From: Gemmatimonadota bacterium
Lineage (GTDB): Bacteria; Gemmatimonadota; Gemmatimonadetes; Gemmatimonadales; GWC2-71-9
DNA length: 59,592 nt
Direction: 5' to 3'
Assembly (NCBI GenBank): GCA_036679605.1
Contig: JAZDCZ010000244.1
Coordinates: 1 to 59,592 of the forward strand
Part shown: one piece after another, positions 56,743-59,592 of the stretch
How the letters are laid out: every line of letters begins with the position of its first letter
Position numbering within the stretch: the first letter of the stretch is position 1
Position numbers and translations under genes: made by a program
The notes under the pieces: model-generated
The model's database searches: none
The model's input: the letters and a program-made list of their open reading frames with translations, nothing else
What the model was told of the DNA's origin: nothing

Positions 56743-57768
56743 TTACCGTGAATAGTACCGTCTGATTATGTCTTCAGCGGGTTTGCCCTGCGGCGTGAAA
56801 TCGCGAGTGCTGTCTCTGTCCTTTGCACTCAGCGCCCGCCACTTCCACCAATAGAACCCGGCAAACCAAGGCTCCGACCAAAACGTTCGGAACGCGGCTT
56901 CATAGGCAGCGGCTTGAAGCTCTGCGTCGGCTTCGCCGTCTAGCTCCCACTTCCAGGGTTCCAGGGTGGTGCCGCTGTGAGATTTGTATCCTATCTCGGT
57001 GAAGATGATCCGTCTGTTAGTTGTCTCGCTGAGTTCCGCTAGTTTCTGTTTTATGGGGCGCCAGGCCTCAATGAGATTCTTGCTGCGGCGCTCGCGATCG
57101 CCCGGGCCGGGATCTCCCAGCTCGAAGTAGGCCTGAACGCCGATCAGGTCGACCGCATCCCACCACGGCACCGAATCGTAGTCGTCCCAGTTGGCGGCGT
57201 ACGATAGCCAGCCGGGAAACCGCTCACGAACTTGTGCGATGATTTCTCGCCATTGCGATTCTCGATGTACGGTCTCTCTCAGTTCCGTTCCCACGCTCAT
57301 TCCGACCGCGTGCATCTGCTCGGCAAGTGAGGCATAGTGAAGTACGAAGCCACGGTAGGAAGAAAAAAACTCCTCCCACGACGCTTCGGAGTTCATGCGA
57401 ACCTCGCCGCGCCAGTGTCCGTCGGTGAAATCTGCTAGAGTGGGAATGAGAACTACTCTGAGGCCTGCCTTCCGGGCCATCGTGCCCATCGTAACCAGGC
57501 CTTCGTCGGCGATCGCGAGATCCAGCCGGCGGCCACGGAATCGGGAGACGGCGGGTTCACTGTGAACCCGCATGAAGCCAAAGGGGAATAGAGCGACGTG
57601 CGTGGCGCCGAGCATCTTTATCGCTCTAAAATCCGCGTCAATCGGAGGTGCACGATAGGCATCGAATGCGATGCCTCGTTGCGGTCCCGCGACGGGAGCG
57701 ACGCGAGCCCGCGTGGCGCAGGTAGTCGCGAATGCCGCAGCGTAGGTGAAGAAAGTCCGGCGGTGCAT
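56743..57768 (-). CDS. Tat-exported glycoside hydrolase family 113-like TIM barrel
   Basis: RRTFF Tat motif; WRG, GTEL, YAANWD, IGVQAYF.L, FTEIGY.S, W.W, FTPQGKPA. Confidence 0.85.
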   Translation of the reverse strand: MHRRTFFTYAAAFATTCATRARVAPVAGPQRGIAFDAYRAPPIDADFRAIKMLGATHVALFPFGFMRVHSEPAVSRFRGRRLDLAIADEGLVTMGTMARKAGLRVVLIPTLADFTDGHWRGEVRMNSEASWEEFFSSYRGFVLHYASLAEQMHAVGMSVGTELRETVHRESQWREIIAQVRERFPGWLSYAANWDDYDSVPWWDAVDLIGVQAYFELGDPGPGDRERRSKNLIEAWRPIKQKLAELSETTNRRIIFTEIGYKSHSGTTLEPWKWELDGEADAELQAAAYEAAFRTFWSEPWFAGFYWWKWRALSAKDRDSTRDFTPQGKPAEDIIRRYYSR

Positions 57769-57827
57769 GGACGTAAGATAGTTGGAATTAAAGGGCCGGA
57801 CGGAATGCTCCAACACCTTTACCTCAT

Positions 57828-58829
57828 CTAGCTCATGTCTCTCAGAACCATCAACCTAGGATGCCGTGCTTTCCTGCACGCCGCTCGGAAGAGCCACGTC
57901 GCCACGAGCGCGAACGCCCCAAGCCGTAACAGGTTGGTGAGTAGCACAGCTCCGCCCAGCGCCTCCGCCACGAGGGGCGAAACGAACCAGTAGTAGAGTC
58001 CGGCCGCTGCCGCCGAAAGCACGGGCAGGGCACGGCCCGCACTCGCGTTCAACACGGCGACCACGATCGCGGTCGCCGCGAAACTGATTGCGACCCAGAT
58101 GGTGATGTGGAGGTACACAGCGCCGCCGGAGTTCAACGGTCCATCCGCGGAGGTGTAGTAGCCGATCACAAACCCTGGGAAGGCGGCGGCGAACGTACCA
58201 AACGGGGTTAACAGCCATGCGTAGGTGAGGCGCGCCCGTCCCAACGTCTGGCAGACGGATTTCATCGGAGACAAATCGATGCATGCTCTTGTCGTGCAGA
58301 AGTTGCATGGTTCACAGCGCGGATTGTGCACTGCCAGGAGTGGGTTGTGGCCGTAGAGCCGTTCCACCGGCAGGATCGGACAGAAGGCATTACAGAACCC
58401 CGCCTTGGCGTCGTAGCGGAGTCCTAACACCAAAGCAGCGATGGCGATCGCTATGATCGTAACGGCGAGCGCGGCGCCTTCATTGTTGAATAGGAAGCGA
58501 CGGGCCGGTACCAATACGCCGAGCAGGAGGATTCCGATTGCTCCAGTCCGTGCCACGAATTGCGGCCCAGTGGTGGAGGTTCCAAACCCTCTGGGAAACA
58601 TGTTGAGTGTCGCCAGCGGGCAAACATTGCGCCAGATTGCCGGACTGATCAACAGCGAGGCCGGTACCAGAGGAATGAGCACACTCCACAAGATCGTTAG
58701 TGCTGGATCCGGCGTGAGAAACAAGCCTGCCAGAAGTGCAACCGTTGCCGTGAGGACCAAGACTTGCGCGACTCGCCACAGCGAGTTCAGCGATCGTCCG
58801 TTAGACTGTACGATTACCGGTCGCTTCAA
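57828..58829 (-). CDS. membrane protein with Cys clusters (4Fe-4S binding, NapH/CcoG-like)
   Basis: Multiple TM helices; WRNVCPL, FCNAFCPILPVE, CEPCNFC...CID. Confidence 0.75.
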   Translation of the reverse strand: MKRPVIVQSNGRSLNSLWRVAQVLVLTATVALLAGLFLTPDPALTILWSVLIPLVPASLLISPAIWRNVCPLATLNMFPRGFGTSTTGPQFVARTGAIGILLLGVLVPARRFLFNNEGAALAVTIIAIAIAALVLGLRYDAKAGFCNAFCPILPVERLYGHNPLLAVHNPRCEPCNFCTTRACIDLSPMKSVCQTLGRARLTYAWLLTPFGTFAAAFPGFVIGYYTSADGPLNSGGAVYLHITIWVAISFAATAIVVAVLNASAGRALPVLSAAAAGLYYWFVSPLVAEALGGAVLLTNLLRLGAFALVATWLFRAACRKARHPRLMVLRDMS

Positions 58830-59021
58830 GAGGCTTCACCTTTCTTTCACGGAATGGGGACTGGTCTGCCAACATACTAGCTAGAAGAGCGCGGCTAGGC
58901 GAGTTCACGATGAAGAATCCCACGGTCTCGACCGACGTTGGCTAGGCTGTCGGTGGGTTCGAATACTAAGAGGGACTTGATTGCGGACGCGGAGCAGGCA
59001 TTGGAGGCGGTGTGAGCAGTG

Positions 59022-59591
59022 CTACAGCGCCTCAAGAATGATATTCGTCAGGTTGAACGTTGTGGTGAAGTTACCTGCAGGCTGCACCACGCTGAATGAG
59101 CCGGTAGAGGATGCGAAAGTCATGACCGTGAACTGGGCGCCCGTCGCCGGGCTTGCGCCCAGTAATGTGCTCATGTCGAGCGTGCCAGAGAAGTTGGCGA
59201 TTCCGGTCACCACCAACTGATCGTTAATGCCGGCTGTTGGGCCGATTTCGATCTGAATCGTCGGCGTGGCGTTAACCGGCGCAGGTAGATCACCAACAAT
59301 GGTCAGTGTCCCCGCCGCTCCAGCACCACCCGGCCGGATGATACCATTCCACACGGATACTGTCGCACCTACCAGATCAATTGACCCCACACCTTCGATT
59401 ACTGCTGGCGACGCACCACTCAAATTGGAGAATGTACTGTTGATGTCCACAGTCCCCGACAGAATGTTGAGTATGGCGCCGCTGGCGTTCGTGAACGGAA
59501 TGCTGAACGACGTGACTCCCGTACCGCCCGACTTCCGGAACGTACCGTTGTTCTGAACATTCGCGGTGCCGGGACTGAATGCGCCGAAGTC
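59022..59591 (-). CDS. C-terminal part of a large secreted beta-helix/adhesin-like protein (partial, runs off the window)
   Basis: Frame open to the window end; NNGTFRKSGGTG, IRPGGAGAAGTLTIVG, IEIG...DQLVVTG.A..SGTL. Confidence 0.8.
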   Translation of the reverse strand, partial: DFGAFSPGTANVQNNGTFRKSGGTGVTSFSIPFTNASGAILNILSGTVDINSTFSNLSGASPAVIEGVGSIDLVGATVSVWNGIIRPGGAGAAGTLTIVGDLPAPVNATPTIQIEIGPTAGINDQLVVTGIANFSGTLDMSTLLGASPATGAQFTVMTFASSTGSFSVVQPAGNFTTTFNLTNIILEAL

Positions 59592-59592
59592 G

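Overview
Bacterial chromosomal window, about 60% GC by eye. The gene content (many Hanks-type Ser/Thr kinases, sigma-54 activator, DUF4097, peptidase-PD40-Omp85 fusion) suggests Gemmatimonadota; this is an inference. In order: (1) 0.5-10.3 kb, three tandem paralogous receptor-like kinases (kinase, 3 TM helices, TolB-N-like domain, TPRs) with conserved ends and divergent sensor regions. (2) 10.5-13.7 kb, a minus-strand sigma-54 unit: a bEBP whose start looks frameshifted, a lipoprotein ending in an HFS motif, a TPR protein, then a tRNA-like gene with a Leu-type body and a CAC (Val) anticodon. (3) 15.4-20.3 kb, a four-gene operon of lipoprotein, PEGA kinase, TPR-FlgD protein and outer-membrane barrel. 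(4) Housekeeping genes including Leu/Phe/Val dehydrogenase, M1 peptidase, moaA and pntAA-AB-B. (5) 35.7-41 kb, an accessory island that looks like an integron cassette array with no integrase in the window: attC sites, TA modules, a truncated doc, an IS110 fragment inside an attC, and orphan genes. (6) An OsmC-family selenoprotein that the ORF track splits at its UGA. (7) A GMC/Gfo operon, arfB, patatin, acnA, tkt-pgi-rpiA-SURF1, two Tat substrates, an Fe-S membrane protein and the 3' end of a large secreted protein. All calls are from manual motif reading; no database searches were run.
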